NCBI GenBank assembly: GCA_019090455.1
Contig: JAHRWA010000008.1
Coordinates: 8,083-72,082, forward strand
Length of the DNA stretch: 64,000 nucleotides
Reading direction: 5' to 3'
DNA from: Pseudomonadales bacterium
GTDB lineage: Bacteria > Pseudomonadota > Gammaproteobacteria > Pseudomonadales > DC-out160
The notes under the pieces were generated by a model, which ran no database searches, had not been told where the DNA came from, and saw only the letters and a list, made by a program, of their open reading frames with translations. Below, piece by piece: positions 55,333-64,000 of the stretch; positions within the stretch are counted from its first letter, which is position 1; each line of letters begins with the position of its first letter. The translations under genes and the position numbers were made by a program.

Positions 55333-57501
55333 ATGACTGCATTAACGGCTATATCGACAACGCTATCGACTGATTTATTAAATAAGAGATCGACAACGCC
55401 ACCTTTACTCTCCGGCGATTGCATTCAGGCTAAGCGCGATCAAATACGGGAGTATTTTAACCAGACATTTGCACTCTACGAGTCACTTTTTGAAATAATT
55501 GCGACGGACGAGGCGTACTTTCAGCGTCCTGAACCCTTGCGTCATCCTTTGATTTTTTATTTTGGTCACACCGCTACTTTTTTCATTAATAAATTAATTG
55601 TCGGTAAGATTATTGATCAGCGCATCAACGAGAAGTTTGAATCAATTTTTGCGATTGGTGTTGATGAAATGTCTTGGGACGATTTGGATGAACGTCACTA
55701 CGACTGGCCCACGGTGAATGCGGTGCGTGAGTACCGGTCTCAAGTCAAAGTGTTGGTTAACGACCTCATTTCTAACATGCCTTTAACGCTTCCTATACGA
55801 GACGATTCTGTAGCCTGGGTTTTATTGATGGGGATTGAGCATGAGAGGATACATCTAGAAACCTCTTCTGTGATCATAAGGTTGTTGCCCTTAGATTCCG
55901 TTAGCTCCCACCCTTTGTGGGAGCCTTGCCTGGATAGTGGTACTGCACCGGATAATAAGTTGTTGCCTATTACGGGCAGGAAAATCCAATTGGGTAAGCC
56001 TGAAAATGTTGAAACCTATGGTTGGGATAATGAATACGGTAGACGGGAACTCGCCGTTGAATCCTTTTCCTGTGCACAATATCTGGTTTCGAATCAGGAG
56101 TTTCTTAAATTTGTTGACGCTGGAGGTTACCATGAATTGCGCTATTGGACTGAGGAAGGTCGGCAATGGTTATCTTATAGTAAAGCGGGCATGCCACATT
56201 TTTGGTTAAAAAAAGAAGGACAATATTGGCAGCGAAATTTGTACAACGAAATACCACTCCCCCTCAATTGGCCGGTTGAGGTTAACTTTCTTGAGGCTAA
56301 AGCATTTTGTAATTGGAAGGCGGAAGAAGCTGGGAGCGCAATTCGATTACCCACTGAAGCGGAATGGATGGTGTTAAGGGAGAAGCTAGACGCGGATATT
56401 ACCGATTGGGAAGTCGCACCCGGTAACCTTAACTTAGAAGAATACGCATCTTCTTGTCCTGTGGATAGACACCAGGTAAATGGTTTTTTTGATATTGTGG
56501 GTAACGTGTGGCAATGGACCGAAACACCGATTGATGGTTACACGGGTTTTCAGGTTCATGAGTTGTATGATGATTTTTCGACTCCTACTTTTGATGGTAA
56601 GCATAATTTATTTAAAGGTGGGTCGTGGATCTCGACCGGCAATGAGGCTTCGAAACACAGTCGATACGCATTTCGGCGTCATTTCTTTCAGCATGCGGGC
56701 TTTCGATATATCGAAAGTCAAACCGAGGTGTTACCGGTGGATAAGGTGAATATATATGAGACTGATGACTTAGTTTCTCAGTATTTAGAGTTTCACTATG
56801 GAGCCAATTATTTTGAAGTGTCTAACTATCCCAAGAGCTGTATTCGAGCCTGTATGGATTATACAGATGAGCTTCCAAAGCATAGAGCATTAGATTTAGG
56901 TTGTTCCGTGGGTCGGAGCACGTTTGAATTAGCCCGATATTTTGAGCACGTTGATGGTATCGATTTCTCTGCGCGTTTTATTCAGCAGGGAGTTCAACTT
57001 AAAGAAGAAGGGGCGGTACGCTATACGATTCCGACTGAGGGAGAGTTGGTGGAATTTAAAGAGACAAGTCTTAGTGCTTTGGAATACAACAGCATTAAGG
57101 ATAAAGTTCACTTTAGTCAAGGTGATGCCTGTAATTTAAAAACACAGTTCTCTCGTTATAATCTGATTTTTTGCGGTAACTTGATTGATAGGTTGTATGA
57201 TCCCGTTTCATTTTTACAAATGATTGGTGATCGTTTGGAAGATCAGGGCTATTTGGTATTAACCTCTCCTTATACTTGGTTGGAAGAATATACCGAAAAA
57301 ACAAAGTGGTTAGGTGGCCATAAAGTTAACGGTGAAAATTACACTACATTAGATGGATTGAAGGAAAACCTGTCGCCACGATTTGAGTTAGTGGATGTAT
57401 GTGATATTCCCTTCGTTATTCGAGAAACCCAACGAAAATATCAACACACTATTGCGCAGATGAGTGTTTGGTTGAAGAGTGCAGCGACCGATATTGAATG
57501 A
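55333..57501 (+). CDS. ovoA: 5-histidylcysteine sulfoxide synthase / ovothiol biosynthesis protein OvoA (DinB-like, FGE-sulfatase-like and SAM methyltransferase domains)
   Basis: The DinB-type N-terminus is HPLIFYFGHTATF and the iron site is GIEHERIHLETS (HxxxHxE). The FGE-like domain has GNVWQWTE and KGGSWIS. The C-terminal class I methyltransferase has motif I, ALDLGCSVGRSTFELA. The three-domain order and length of about 720 aa are diagnostic of OvoA. Confidence 0.88.
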   Translation: MTALTAISTTLSTDLLNKRSTTPPLLSGDCIQAKRDQIREYFNQTFALYESLFEIIATDEAYFQRPEPLRHPLIFYFGHTATFFINKLIVGKIIDQRINEKFESIFAIGVDEMSWDDLDERHYDWPTVNAVREYRSQVKVLVNDLISNMPLTLPIRDDSVAWVLLMGIEHERIHLETSSVIIRLLPLDSVSSHPLWEPCLDSGTAPDNKLLPITGRKIQLGKPENVETYGWDNEYGRRELAVESFSCAQYLVSNQEFLKFVDAGGYHELRYWTEEGRQWLSYSKAGMPHFWLKKEGQYWQRNLYNEIPLPLNWPVEVNFLEAKAFCNWKAEEAGSAIRLPTEAEWMVLREKLDADITDWEVAPGNLNLEEYASSCPVDRHQVNGFFDIVGNVWQWTETPIDGYTGFQVHELYDDFSTPTFDGKHNLFKGGSWISTGNEASKHSRYAFRRHFFQHAGFRYIESQTEVLPVDKVNIYETDDLVSQYLEFHYGANYFEVSNYPKSCIRACMDYTDELPKHRALDLGCSVGRSTFELARYFEHVDGIDFSARFIQQGVQLKEEGAVRYTIPTEGELVEFKETSLSALEYNSIKDKVHFSQGDACNLKTQFSRYNLIFCGNLIDRLYDPVSFLQMIGDRLEDQGYLVLTSPYTWLEEYTEKTKWLGGHKVNGENYTTLDGLKENLSPRFELVDVCDIPFVIRETQRKYQHTIAQMSVWLKSAATDIE

Positions 57502-58637
57502 GTGATTTATCCCGATATAAAACCATCAGTCATCATGCATTTGTACGATCACTTGGAGGAGGGTTAGGATTTTCTTTAAGTGATTCTTGCGCAGAGACCA
57601 TGAGCGTGGCGGATCTACAATCATTGAGTAAATTTGCGCTATCTGATATTGATTTAAACTACAGTAGTCTTCAGGGGTTGCCAGCCTTAAGAGAACAGAT
57701 AGCGAAGCTTTATACGGGTGATGGCGTCGAAATAGAAAAGGAAAATGTCGCGATATTTTCTGGCGCTCAAGATGCGTTGTATGCCGCTTTTAACAGTATT
57801 TTGAATGACGGCGATGAAGTCATCCTGTTTACTCCGTGTTATCCCCCTTTGTTGGAAACCCCTAGATTGGCGGGCGCATCAGTAGTACCGATTCCGCTAA
57901 AGTATGAAAATCGTTGGCAGATTGATATTAGTCAGGTGATTGCGGCGGTGACAGAAAAAACCAAGCTCATTCTTTTAAATTTCCCGCATAATCCTACGGG
58001 AGCTGTATTAGACCAGAATGTTGCGCGTGATATTCTAACCTTGGCGAAAGTTAAAGGAATCCATTTGTTAGTGGATGATGTTTCTCTTTTCTCTGATTTT
58101 AATGGTATTGGCATACAGCATAGGTTGCTGTCTTATGATCGAACGATCGTTGTAGGCGTGATGTCCAAGAGCTTCGGTTTAGCCGGGGTTAGAATTGGAT
58201 GGTCGATTACCTCAGATTTGCAACAGTTAGAGCGTATGATGACGGTAAAGTCATATACCTCCATTTGCCCCTCGGTGTTTGATGAATACCTTGCTTTGGC
58301 GGCCCTGGAAAATTGTCAATTAATATTGGATCGCAATAACGGCATTATAAAATCGAATGTCGAATTATTTGAGATGTTTTTGAAAAGAATGTCTAAGGCT
58401 TTTGAGTGGGTTACTCCCCGAGCCGGTATTCTTGGTATGCTGAAAAATAAATTACCTGTTTCGAGTCATGCAATTGCACAGGGTTTAGCGGAGAAGGAAG
58501 GCGTGTTGATTTTGCCTGGGGATTTGTTTTCTATTGAAGGCGAGTTTTTTCGTATTGGATTAGGTCGTGAAAACTTCCCTCAGGTACTTTCCTTATTTGA
58601 ACGGTATATACAAAATGAATGTTCAGATTTATTGTAG
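57498..58637 (+). CDS. ovoB: PLP-dependent class I/II aminotransferase-fold enzyme; candidate ovothiol sulfoxide beta-lyase (OvoB)
   Basis: The gene overlaps the ovoA stop by 4 bp (ATGA). It has NFPHNPTG and the PLP lysine in MSKSFGLAGVRIGW. The function is inferred from the coupling to ovoA. Confidence 0.6.
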   Translation: MSDLSRYKTISHHAFVRSLGGGLGFSLSDSCAETMSVADLQSLSKFALSDIDLNYSSLQGLPALREQIAKLYTGDGVEIEKENVAIFSGAQDALYAAFNSILNDGDEVILFTPCYPPLLETPRLAGASVVPIPLKYENRWQIDISQVIAAVTEKTKLILLNFPHNPTGAVLDQNVARDILTLAKVKGIHLLVDDVSLFSDFNGIGIQHRLLSYDRTIVVGVMSKSFGLAGVRIGWSITSDLQQLERMMTVKSYTSICPSVFDEYLALAALENCQLILDRNNGIIKSNVELFEMFLKRMSKAFEWVTPRAGILGMLKNKLPVSSHAIAQGLAEKEGVLILPGDLFSIEGEFFRIGLGRENFPQVLSLFERYIQNECSDLL

Positions 58638-58681
58638 GATTAATTATAGGCCTTATTGTTGAGCTTTAAATAATAAGTCCG

Positions 58682-59941
58682 CTAGAATAATTCAAAATCA
58701 TCTTCTTCTTCGTTGGTATTGATGATTGGCAGGTTTGGGATGTGGTTCCTAATGATGTCTCGTTCATCGCTCATTGTCATGTTGTCGATTAATTTAGTTC
58801 CTAGCGTTTTTTTACTTTCTTCGCTTAGCTCGTTCTCAGTTGCTGTACCCGATCGTAACGAGCGCCAAGATAAAATTGATTTGGACAGGTTCTCCATATT
58901 CTGACGAATTCGGTCTTGAAACTGGACCGAGGTCATAATTGTACGAACAAGTTCGTCTATGGTGTCATCGATATCTATTCTGTTTTGAATAGAACCTAAC
59001 AGTATTTTCGTCGCTGCCTTCTTTGAGCTGTGAGAAACGGTGTCCACTACTTGTTTTATTTTTTCTAACGCTTCAATACTGTCGTCTGAAATGTTACTGG
59101 CGCTGATTGATGTTTCGCGTACTTCAACAATGATTTGTAATATAGGGTCTATGGCTTCCGAAGAAATTCGTTCGTTCCATTTCAAAGTTGAGCTTGTGAA
59201 TTCAGTTAAGTCACACATGATTTTTTCTTTTAGTTCTTCGGGTGGTGTGTTACCTATGTATCGTGATAATAATTCCGCCGGAATATCAATGGCAGAATCA
59301 GGGTAGTTTTCTTTAAGAACAGTTTGAAAGAAAAGTGATCTCTGTTGCTCACAGTTCAGCTTTAAATATATTTTTGTGAGAGTCGTCTTTGCATCAAATA
59401 CGTCAGATTGATGGATGTCATTGATCACTTGATGCCAAATATCGACAATACTTTTTATTAATGAAGACAATAGATCCTCAAATTGTAAACCGTGAAAGAT
59501 GGGGAGTACTTTATATTTTATATCGTCTTCGAGTCTGATTAGTGCTTCCATGTCTTTTTGTAAGGCAGAAAAACTGAGTCTGGTAGCGGCCATTTGATTG
59601 GTGTCAATTTCTTCAATAGATTTGACTAGTTCATTAACATTTCCTGAATCATTTTTTTGTACTAGTGTGATGAGTTGATCAACCCCTTGGTCAACGGCAT
59701 CTTTAAGTTCATCAAAATGAGAGTCGGGCGAATAGAGGTGGTGAAAATCGTCAATGACCTTTGATGCTTCCACGGATAAAAACTGCTTTGAAATATCCAG
59801 TATTTGGTTTGTCGCAGACTGAACTGTTTCGAGTAGGTTTATCGAAAGACTGCCGAGAACATCATCAAATAATTCGTCGTATTGATGTAAAGCTGTTTTA
59901 CTGGTTAAACCCTTCACAAGACATCCTCGATTACTGGCCAA
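58682..59941 (-). CDS. Hypothetical acidic helical protein with a CheZ-like D-x3-Q motif and an acidic C-terminal peptide
   Basis: In the 419-aa protein, VQFQDRIRQNMENL resembles the CheZ active-site segment QDFQDLTGQ (Asp and Gln four residues apart). The protein ends in EEEDDFELF, 76 residues after the motif. This is comparable to the spacing and character of the CheY-binding tail of E. coli CheZ (...DDLLDSLGF). Confidence 0.35.
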   Translation of the reverse strand: MASNRGCLVKGLTSKTALHQYDELFDDVLGSLSINLLETVQSATNQILDISKQFLSVEASKVIDDFHHLYSPDSHFDELKDAVDQGVDQLITLVQKNDSGNVNELVKSIEEIDTNQMAATRLSFSALQKDMEALIRLEDDIKYKVLPIFHGLQFEDLLSSLIKSIVDIWHQVINDIHQSDVFDAKTTLTKIYLKLNCEQQRSLFFQTVLKENYPDSAIDIPAELLSRYIGNTPPEELKEKIMCDLTEFTSSTLKWNERISSEAIDPILQIIVEVRETSISASNISDDSIEALEKIKQVVDTVSHSSKKAATKILLGSIQNRIDIDDTIDELVRTIMTSVQFQDRIRQNMENLSKSILSWRSLRSGTATENELSEESKKTLGTKLIDNMTMSDERDIIRNHIPNLPIINTNEEEDDFELF

Positions 59942-60244
59942 AATAGCTTCTGCGCAATATCTCTATTCTCATAATATTAAGCATATATCAATCGTGAAAC
60001 TATGCTATCTCTTCAAGCAATAACTTCTAGAGAATTCGATAGCGAAGTTTATTCATCGCCTAAATGGGACGAGGCGTAGATTGTTGGGTAACGTTAGGTT
60101 TGATCGTAAGAACTGAATATTGAAGAGCTTCTGGCGGTCTAAGCTGAACCCGTTGAGTCATCTATACTCAAAATTATAAGGCTGATTTGATTAAAAATAA
60201 ATTGGCGGTGAAACCTCTATTTTGATGAAACCTAAGATTAGAAG

Positions 60245-61993
60245 ATGAGACCGGGTATGTCAGCTGCATTGCAAGGTTATGAGCGGTTAGAGAAAAGGGC
60301 TGAAGGGGGGATGGCGGTATTATACCGTGGAGTGCAAACTTCGCTGAATCGTCCTGTGGCGATTAAGTTTCTTAAGATGGATATTGCTGATAATGAACAT
60401 ATTCGTCGTTTATTTGATGCGGAATCTAGAATTATCGCGCGTTTGGATCACCCCAATATCATTCGTGTCATCGATAGGGGTGTATCCGCTAGTGGTCAGC
60501 CCTATTTTATTATGGATTTTGTAGAAGGGATCGACTTAAAGCAAGCACTGAAGACGGAAGAGATTAGTCACTCTCGAAAGTTACGAATGATTATTCAAAT
60601 TGCGAAAGCGTTGTCTTATGCGCATCGCAACGGCGTTATCCATCGGGATATTAAACCCGCCAATATTTTGCTGGACCAAGAACACAATGCGCGCATAGTT
60701 GATTTTGGCGTTGCTTTTTTTTCCGGTAGCACGCAAACGAATCCCTTAGTTGATGGCGCAACGGTAGGTACTCCGGCCTATATGGCGCCGGAACAAAAGG
60801 AGGGTGCTGAGTTTGCGACCGCAGTCAGTGATATATATTCTTTCGGTGTCATGATGTACGCCATTTTTACAGGAAAGACTCCAAAAGGAGATGCACCACT
60901 AGTCCATGTTTTGAATAAAGAAATCCCCGAGGGTTTGTCGAAACTAGTGTGGCAGTGCATGTTGGAAGAACCTAGTAAACGGCCACAAACAGCAGATGAA
61001 GTTATTGCTCGGGTACTGAGTGTCATCAAAGGAGATCATCTTCAGCCACAACAAAGGGAAAAGGCAAAGAAGTTTACGCTACGAGCGCATGAAAAATTTA
61101 TCCTGCTAGATGTTCTGAAAGAAGATGATTATAGCGCGGTTTATCTCTATGAAAATAGAGAAGATGGGGGGTTATTGATTTTGAAAAAATGTACTTCCGA
61201 CGCGCTAGGCTATCAAGAAAACAAAATGCTGGAGCACTTAACGCATACCAATATTGTTAATGTTGTAGGTGTGACGAAGAACGATAGAATCTTTATTGCG
61301 ATTATGGAATATTTGAATGGCGGTAGTTTGCGGTCCCGACTCGCGCGTCCGATGACCTTAAAGCAGTTTTTACCCATTGCTTTGGCTATTGGTCGAGGTC
61401 TGAGTTTTGCTCATAAGAATCGAGTTATACATGGAAATTTGCGACCTGCTAACGTGTTATTTACCAGTAAAGGTAGCGTGAAGATTACTGATTTTGGATT
61501 CAAGGAACATTATGAGGGTAAGAGGAAAAGAAACTGGTATTGTGTTGATGGCGAGCCAGTTTCCATTAAAGGCGACGTCTATTCTGGTGGTGTGATGTTT
61601 TACCAAATGTTGGTAGGTGTTAGACCGAAGTGGGCGTTGGGTCGTTTGACATCTCATAAACGCTATAAAGAATTACCGGAATCCATGCGTCGATTACTGA
61701 CTGTAATGTTGTGTCGAAAGGCGAGTGATCGTATTGTCAATTATGACGAAGTGCTTAATGAATTGGTGCAGATAAAAAATGCAAGTTCGGGAGAGGCTGT
61801 TGCCAGGAGTGATGAGTGCGTCACGATCGTTGATATGCCTCCCTCTAAGTCGAAGATAATGGTTAAGGTTATGGGAGCGATTTTTTTTGCTTTGGGTATG
61901 GCGGGGGCTTATGCGGGATACTGGCAATCTGTCAATGGTGACTTGCTACCGATGCTAGTTAACGTTCTCAATATTTTTGGTGTTGTAAATTAG
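60245..61993 (+). CDS. Membrane-anchored Ser/Thr protein kinase with tandem kinase and pseudokinase domains
   Basis: Domain 1 has VAIKFL, HRDIKPANILL, DFGVA and TPAYMAPE. Domain 2 (about residues 290-500) has HGNLRPANVLF (the catalytic Asp position reads Asn) and ITDFGF. A C-terminal TM helix (IMVKVMGAIFFALGMAGAYAGYW) is present. Confidence 0.8.
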   Translation: MRPGMSAALQGYERLEKRAEGGMAVLYRGVQTSLNRPVAIKFLKMDIADNEHIRRLFDAESRIIARLDHPNIIRVIDRGVSASGQPYFIMDFVEGIDLKQALKTEEISHSRKLRMIIQIAKALSYAHRNGVIHRDIKPANILLDQEHNARIVDFGVAFFSGSTQTNPLVDGATVGTPAYMAPEQKEGAEFATAVSDIYSFGVMMYAIFTGKTPKGDAPLVHVLNKEIPEGLSKLVWQCMLEEPSKRPQTADEVIARVLSVIKGDHLQPQQREKAKKFTLRAHEKFILLDVLKEDDYSAVYLYENREDGGLLILKKCTSDALGYQENKMLEHLTHTNIVNVVGVTKNDRIFIAIMEYLNGGSLRSRLARPMTLKQFLPIALAIGRGLSFAHKNRVIHGNLRPANVLFTSKGSVKITDFGFKEHYEGKRKRNWYCVDGEPVSIKGDVYSGGVMFYQMLVGVRPKWALGRLTSHKRYKELPESMRRLLTVMLCRKASDRIVNYDEVLNELVQIKNASSGEAVARSDECVTIVDMPPSKSKIMVKVMGAIFFALGMAGAYAGYWQSVNGDLLPMLVNVLNIFGVVN

Positions 61994-62033
61994 ATAATGT
62001 AATTGAGTTTTTGATTTTCTAATTCCCTTTTTT

Positions 62034-62915
62034 TTATAAAACCCAGTATGCAATCGCTACAGTTATCAGAATAACAATAGCCAAGAGTGATGCAGTCTTT
62101 ATCGAAACAGTAGATTGTGGAGTCGCTCCGTTTGAATTTTCTTCTAGTCCAGCAGCTGACATCGAAACTTGATGATGAGTATGAGGATCAATTTTTATAG
62201 AAGGAGCCTGTGGCGTGGAGGGAGGGGTTGCAGCGCTAGTTTTATTAGCTAGTTTCGCGGGTGAAATAGAAAATACAGTAATATCTTCTTCATCTGGTGC
62301 ATCTTGTGTCGCAACATGGATGGGGCCAATCACCAGAAATGTTAGGTTTTCAAATTGAATTTGATCTCCAGACGAAAGCGAAATCTCTTTGATTTTTTTT
62401 CTATTAACCTTGGTTCCATTTGCAGAGCCGAGGTCCTTGATGTGAAGACTGTTATTGATGACGTGTAATTCTGAATGCCGGCGAGAAATTCGGTCGTCGT
62501 GTATGCAGATCTCACAACTACTGGAACGTCCAAGCGTCATCGAACCGAATATAGGGAATTTCTGCCCTTTGAGTTCGCCGCTAATGGCTTGAATAGACCA
62601 TTCACAGCTGTCAGTACCGGCTATTTTAGCTGTCTGCGGTGAATCTAGTACAAGTACTACGTTGGCCACCTTGATTTTATCGTCGGGCCTCAATTGGTAG
62701 CGTGAAACAATACGCTCTCCGTTAACAAAAGTGCCATTGGAGCCTGCATCATCTAAATAATATTGGCCATTCTCTCGTCTGATCTCCGCGTGAAAAGTGG
62801 CTACGCCTGATTCTTTGAGGCGTAAGTTGTTTTTCGGGTCACTTCCTATTGTGAATCTTTCATCGGAAAGCCAAATAGCGGGTTGACGTTGATCTTCAAA
62901 ATGCAGTTTTAACAT
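62034..62915 (-). CDS. Membrane-anchored protein with two FHA domains
   Basis: FHA 1 is FTIGSDP.N.LRL....VATFHAEIRRENGQYYLDDAGSNGTFVNGERI. FHA 2 is MTLGRSSSCEICIHDDRISRRHSELHVINNSLHIKDLGSANGTKVN. A Pro/Thr/Ser-rich linker and a C-terminal TM helix follow. Confidence 0.85.
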   Translation of the reverse strand: MLKLHFEDQRQPAIWLSDERFTIGSDPKNNLRLKESGVATFHAEIRRENGQYYLDDAGSNGTFVNGERIVSRYQLRPDDKIKVANVVLVLDSPQTAKIAGTDSCEWSIQAISGELKGQKFPIFGSMTLGRSSSCEICIHDDRISRRHSELHVINNSLHIKDLGSANGTKVNRKKIKEISLSSGDQIQFENLTFLVIGPIHVATQDAPDEEDITVFSISPAKLANKTSAATPPSTPQAPSIKIDPHTHHQVSMSAAGLEENSNGATPQSTVSIKTASLLAIVILITVAIAYWVL

Positions 62916-63038
62916 ACTGTTGCCTTACTCAAAAATACTGTTTCTTCTCTATTCGATTTTATGCAACATTATTAAGTTTGTCGTCCTTATTCTTCGCATT
63001 TAGAGATTGGGATTTTGGTTTTTATGTGATGGCGCTTT

Positions 63039-63076
63039 GGTTTTGTGTGCAGTGACAGGTTTTGTGTACAGTGACA
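63039..63076. repeat. Two tandem 19-bp direct repeats in the FHA / lipoprotein divergent intergenic region
   Basis: GGTTTTGTGTGCAGTGACA (63039-63057) is followed immediately by GGTTTTGTGTACAGTGACA (63058-63076). Confidence 0.85.
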
Positions 63077-63245
63077 CACATTGAACCGCGTTACGTGTGG
63101 TCTTCAAATGCGGAGTTGTATACTGTGTAGTGAACGTATTGACTGTCTGACGGTCGGATTGTCTGTGTTAGTAGTGGTCATAGTTTTCACGAAGAGGGGA
63201 GCTGTGAGGAGCGAGGTGTGAAGTGTGAATCGTGAAGTGCAGGGT

Positions 63246-64000
63246 CATGTGGAATAGTCAGCTAAACCGCCAGTACTGTCGAATAACGATGATGCTAGTT
63301 TTGGCCTGTGGGTTGTTCGGTTGTGCCAGTAGCAGTCTTTTTACTTCGTATCCGAATCAAATGGCCTCTAGGCTTGAAGCTCTGGACCGTGGAGGAAAGG
63401 TCAAGGAAGTGAAGGTGGACGGGAAATGGAACCCCGATGAGCTGCTGCACTATTTGGAGCGAGGGCGCTTAGCACAGATAAGCCAGCAAGATGCCCAGAG
63501 CGTGAAGGCATACCGGGAAGCCATTAATCTATTTGATGAAAAAGATTTAGGTGCCGTTGTTGAGCTGAGTGGCGTGAGAGATAAAGGAGCCTCTTTTATT
63601 GTCAATGATAATGCGATTCCTTATATGGGAGAGACTTTTGAACGTGGTTTTCTCCATACCTACCAAGCGTTGAATTACTTGATGGCAAAAGATTTAGAAA
63701 GTGCTGGAGTGGAAATTCGGCGTTTAAATCGAGTTCAGAAAAATGCGTTACTCAATAATGAAAAAGGGCTCATTCAGCAGCAGAAACAGGCGAAAAAGAA
63801 GTTAAATGGAATTCCCTTTGATGTGCATAAAAATCAGAATGGGTTTGATGAGAAATTTGGCGCTATGGATCGGGAGGCGGCTAAACTTAAGTATTCTTTT
63901 CAAAATGGTTTCGGTTTTTATGTTTCAGGCTTGGTTTACGAATTGCGGGGTGAATTGAATGATGCCTACATTGATTATAAGAAGGCTTTGGATCTCAATG
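63246..64000 (+). CDS. Lipoprotein of unknown function (TPR-like helical, COG3014-like impression); partial, runs off the right edge
   Basis: The gene is absent from the ORF track because it has no stop. The frame from the ATG at 63246 (or the ATG at 63288) reads ...MMLVLACGLFGCASSSLF... (lipobox LFGC), then ...ERGRLAQISQQDAQSVKAYREAINLFDEKD...FERGFLHTYQALNYLMAKDLESAGVEIRRLN..., and stays open to 64000. Confidence 0.6.

Overview
This 64-kb chromosomal window looks like it comes from an aerobic, probably marine gammaproteobacterium. That assignment is inferred from gene content only: an aa3-type oxidase, a GlyGly-CTERM-like surface protein, ovothiol genes and heme uptake genes. I can support about 50 protein-coding genes, one complete tRNA (tRNA-Sec), one tRNA-Arg 3' fragment, several terminators, Fur-box-like sites and several short tandem repeats. 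I found no CRISPR array, no rRNA, no transposase and no obvious DNA-binding transcription factor.

Layout from left to right:
- 1-677: the end of a genomic island. It has a P4-like integrase that runs off the left edge, plus a displaced 3' half of tRNA-Arg(ACG) with its terminator.
- 1369-8708: an orphan mini-NRPS cluster. It holds a BVMO-type flavin monooxygenase, a single C-A-T module with no release domain, a lysine-2,3-aminomutase-like radical SAM enzyme and a clavaminate-synthase-like Fe/2OG oxygenase. The cluster abuts the 3' end of selC.
- 8736-12199: selC-selB-selA.
- 12373-15077: a divergent operon. Its first gene is a GrdB/PrdB-family selenoprotein that the ORF track splits at an in-frame TGA (12865-12867); a SECIS-like hairpin follows the TGA. 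A CoA-binding protein and O-acetylhomoserine sulfhydrylase come next.
- 15380-23847: a cell-envelope block. It has a 1831-aa lipase/Ig/beta-propeller/cadherin-like protein with a GlyGly-CTERM-like tail, a caspase-fold lipoprotein, a small Ig-like lipoprotein and an LPP20/DUF4384-like protein.
- 24009-29421: a KAS III homolog and coxB-coxA-coxC.
- 30733-38254: an iron/heme block (bfd, bfr, hmuTUV, a HutZ-like protein, a TonB-dependent receptor and a HmuY-like lipoprotein).
- 38428-40960: a DUF900-type hydrolase, then a minimal soluble chemoreceptor hairpin coupled to an ODP-like di-iron metallo-beta-lactamase-fold protein.
- 41161-49843: housekeeping genes, a 1066-aa lipoprotein of unknown function and beta-oxidation-type genes.
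- 50030-54007: two paralogous porin plus small PstS-like protein modules.
- 55333-58637: ovoA-ovoB (ovothiol biosynthesis).
- 58682-64000: a CheZ-motif protein, a tandem kinase-pseudokinase, a dual-FHA membrane protein and a partial lipoprotein.

The best candidates for something undescribed are, in order:
1. The self-contained selenium locus (sel machinery plus the selenoprotein/CoA-binding/MetY operon).
2. The selC-abutting mini-NRPS cluster.
3. The extracytoplasmic caspase/LPP20-DUF4384 module.
4. The soluble chemoreceptor/ODP-like pair.

All family assignments rest on motif recognition by eye. No database search was run.
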